64,000 nucleotides of DNA. It comes from Minisyncoccota bacterium (GTDB taxonomy: Bacteria > Patescibacteriota > Minisyncoccia > Phycocordibacterales > XYD1-FULL-46-19). This document shows positions 62,757-64,000 of this stretch, in pieces. The first letter of the stretch is position 1; the number at the start of each line of letters is the position of its first letter. The notes beneath the pieces were generated by a model that was given only the letters and a program-made list of their open reading frames with translations, did no database searches and was not told the DNA's origin. Location of the stretch: contig JBAYKU010000001.1 in assembly GCA_041664425.1 (NCBI GenBank), positions 29,272 through 93,271 of the forward strand. The letters run 5' to 3'. The position numbers were made by a program, and so were the translations under genes.

Positions 62757-64000
62757 TTATTTGTCAGGGTCAAGTTTTTATCTTTATAGACAATCCTCGA
62801 TCTCAAGTTCGCTAGTAGCTCTCGTTTCTCGGTAGTTGTGCCTTCCTTGAGAATATACTTGGCATAATTGCGGATGTCGGTTTCTGGATTGGTTATGATT
62901 TTCCCTTTGGCCCCAAGTACCGAACGTTGGAATATATTAAACCTGGCAATTTCTTCTTCCAGTTTTTGTCTCATGCCCAGCTCGTTGATATTTACCTTAT
63001 CGAGGATTTTAAGCAATTCGGTAATTAGTTCCTCTTCTCGGATGTATTTATTTTTGCAGTTACGATCTCTGGCTCGGGAGCATGAATAGTAGATATAACG
63101 ATTGGCTCCGCCACCGACCAATTGTTTCCATTTCTCTTCAGCCGAGATGCCTGAGCCACAATAACCGCAAGTGAATAATTTGGTGAAGGAAAATTCTTTG
63201 GTTTCTCTGACAATCTGATCACGCTTTAATTGAGCCTTGGCTTTTTCAAACAAGTCTTGGTCAATAATTGGCTCGTGTTTGCCGGTATACCAATTACCAC
63301 TTTCTTTGGGATGTTCAAAAACCCCATAATAAAAAGGGTTGTCTAAAATCCTATAAATACCACTTAAGGTTAACGGCTTGTTGCCTCTAGTATAAAAATT
63401 CAATTCAAATTTTAGCCAGTTAAATATCTTTCGGCCGGAGTAATGCTCGTAGGCTACTTTCTCAAACATCTTTTTGATAATTGGGGCTCGGGCTGGATCA
63501 ATTAATATCTGACATTTTTTGTCCATCATCTTTTGATTGAGATACCCCAGTGGGGCCACCCCTGGCCACAGGCCCATCTCGACCCTCGCTCGCAATCCAC
63601 GCTTCACATTTACGCTCTTGTTGTCGTTTTCTAACTTGGCCGTGCTACCAAGGATCATTAACAAAAATTTCTCATTTGGGTTGTTGGTAAATCGCTGACC
63701 GTAAGTCCTGATTTCGTGGAGTTTGCCCGAATCCATCAAATCCACGATTTTGCCTAAGTCCCCAGCGTTTCTTGATATGCGGTCAGGGGCCCAGGTCAGA
63801 ATACCATTAAATTTACCTTGTTTTAGCTCCTCGATAATCTCATTAAAAACTGGCCTTTGCCCGGTCTCCTTAGCCGAATGCGACTCTCGCTTCATTGTCA
63901 CAATCTCTAGATTTTCCCGCTCGGCCAGCTGGAGCATCTCCTTAATTTGGCTATCGATGCTCAAAACCTGCCTTTCCTCAGATTCAGTACTTTTCCTCGC
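62753..64000 (-). CDS. Large serine recombinase (5' partial)
   Basis: Frame is open to the window edge (ARKSTESEERQ catalytic motif), DRISRN, recombinase domain, zinc ribbon CGYC...YYSC...C. Confidence 0.92.
   Translation of the reverse strand, partial: ARKSTESEERQVLSIDSQIKEMLQLAERENLEIVTMKRESHSAKETGQRPVFNEIIEELKQGKFNGILTWAPDRISRNAGDLGKIVDLMDSGKLHEIRTYGQRFTNNPNEKFLLMILGSTAKLENDNKSVNVKRGLRARVEMGLWPGVAPLGYLNQKMMDKKCQILIDPARAPIIKKMFEKVAYEHYSGRKIFNWLKFELNFYTRGNKPLTLSGIYRILDNPFYYGVFEHPKESGNWYTGKHEPIIDQDLFEKAKAQLKRDQIVRETKEFSFTKLFTCGYCGSGISAEEKWKQLVGGGANRYIYYSCSRARDRNCKNKYIREEELITELLKILDKVNINELGMRQKLEEEIARFNIFQRSVLGAKGKIITNPETDIRNYAKYILKEGTTTEKRELLANLRSRIVYKDKNLTLTNN

Larger units (their letters stand above)
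61719..64000 (-). mobile_element. Probable integrative island end at tRNA-Ser
   Basis: Recombinase and cargo gene point toward the tRNA 3' end; the other boundary is outside the window. Confidence 0.55.

Overview
Chromosomal window from a reduced-genome, AT-rich bacterium that looks like Patescibacteria/CPR (Parcubacteria-like). The basis is no rpmD between rpsE and rplO, a two-ORF ComEC, a type IV pilus cluster, a single-subunit GlyRS and core genes without Shine-Dalgarno (SD) sites. TGA is used as a stop, so the code is 11. Content in order: pilus assembly and minor pilins, tpiA-pgk, recJ-rnhA, comEC, a fragmented str/S10/spc ribosomal cluster, a MacAB-like exporter, adk-map-ndk, infC-rpmI-rplT, smpB-tmRNA, glyQS, ftsH, tRNA-Ile(UAU), recG, and tRNA-Ser(GCU) with an adjacent serine-recombinase island. 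Least explained signals: (1) about ten self-contained accessory genes with strong SD sites and, in most cases, their own promoter and terminator, in a genome whose core genes lack SD and often look leaderless; (2) nested palindromic repeats, with filled and empty sites visible in the window; (3) two standalone structured RNA candidates, one of them 6S-like. All calls come from motif recognition by eye; no searches were run.
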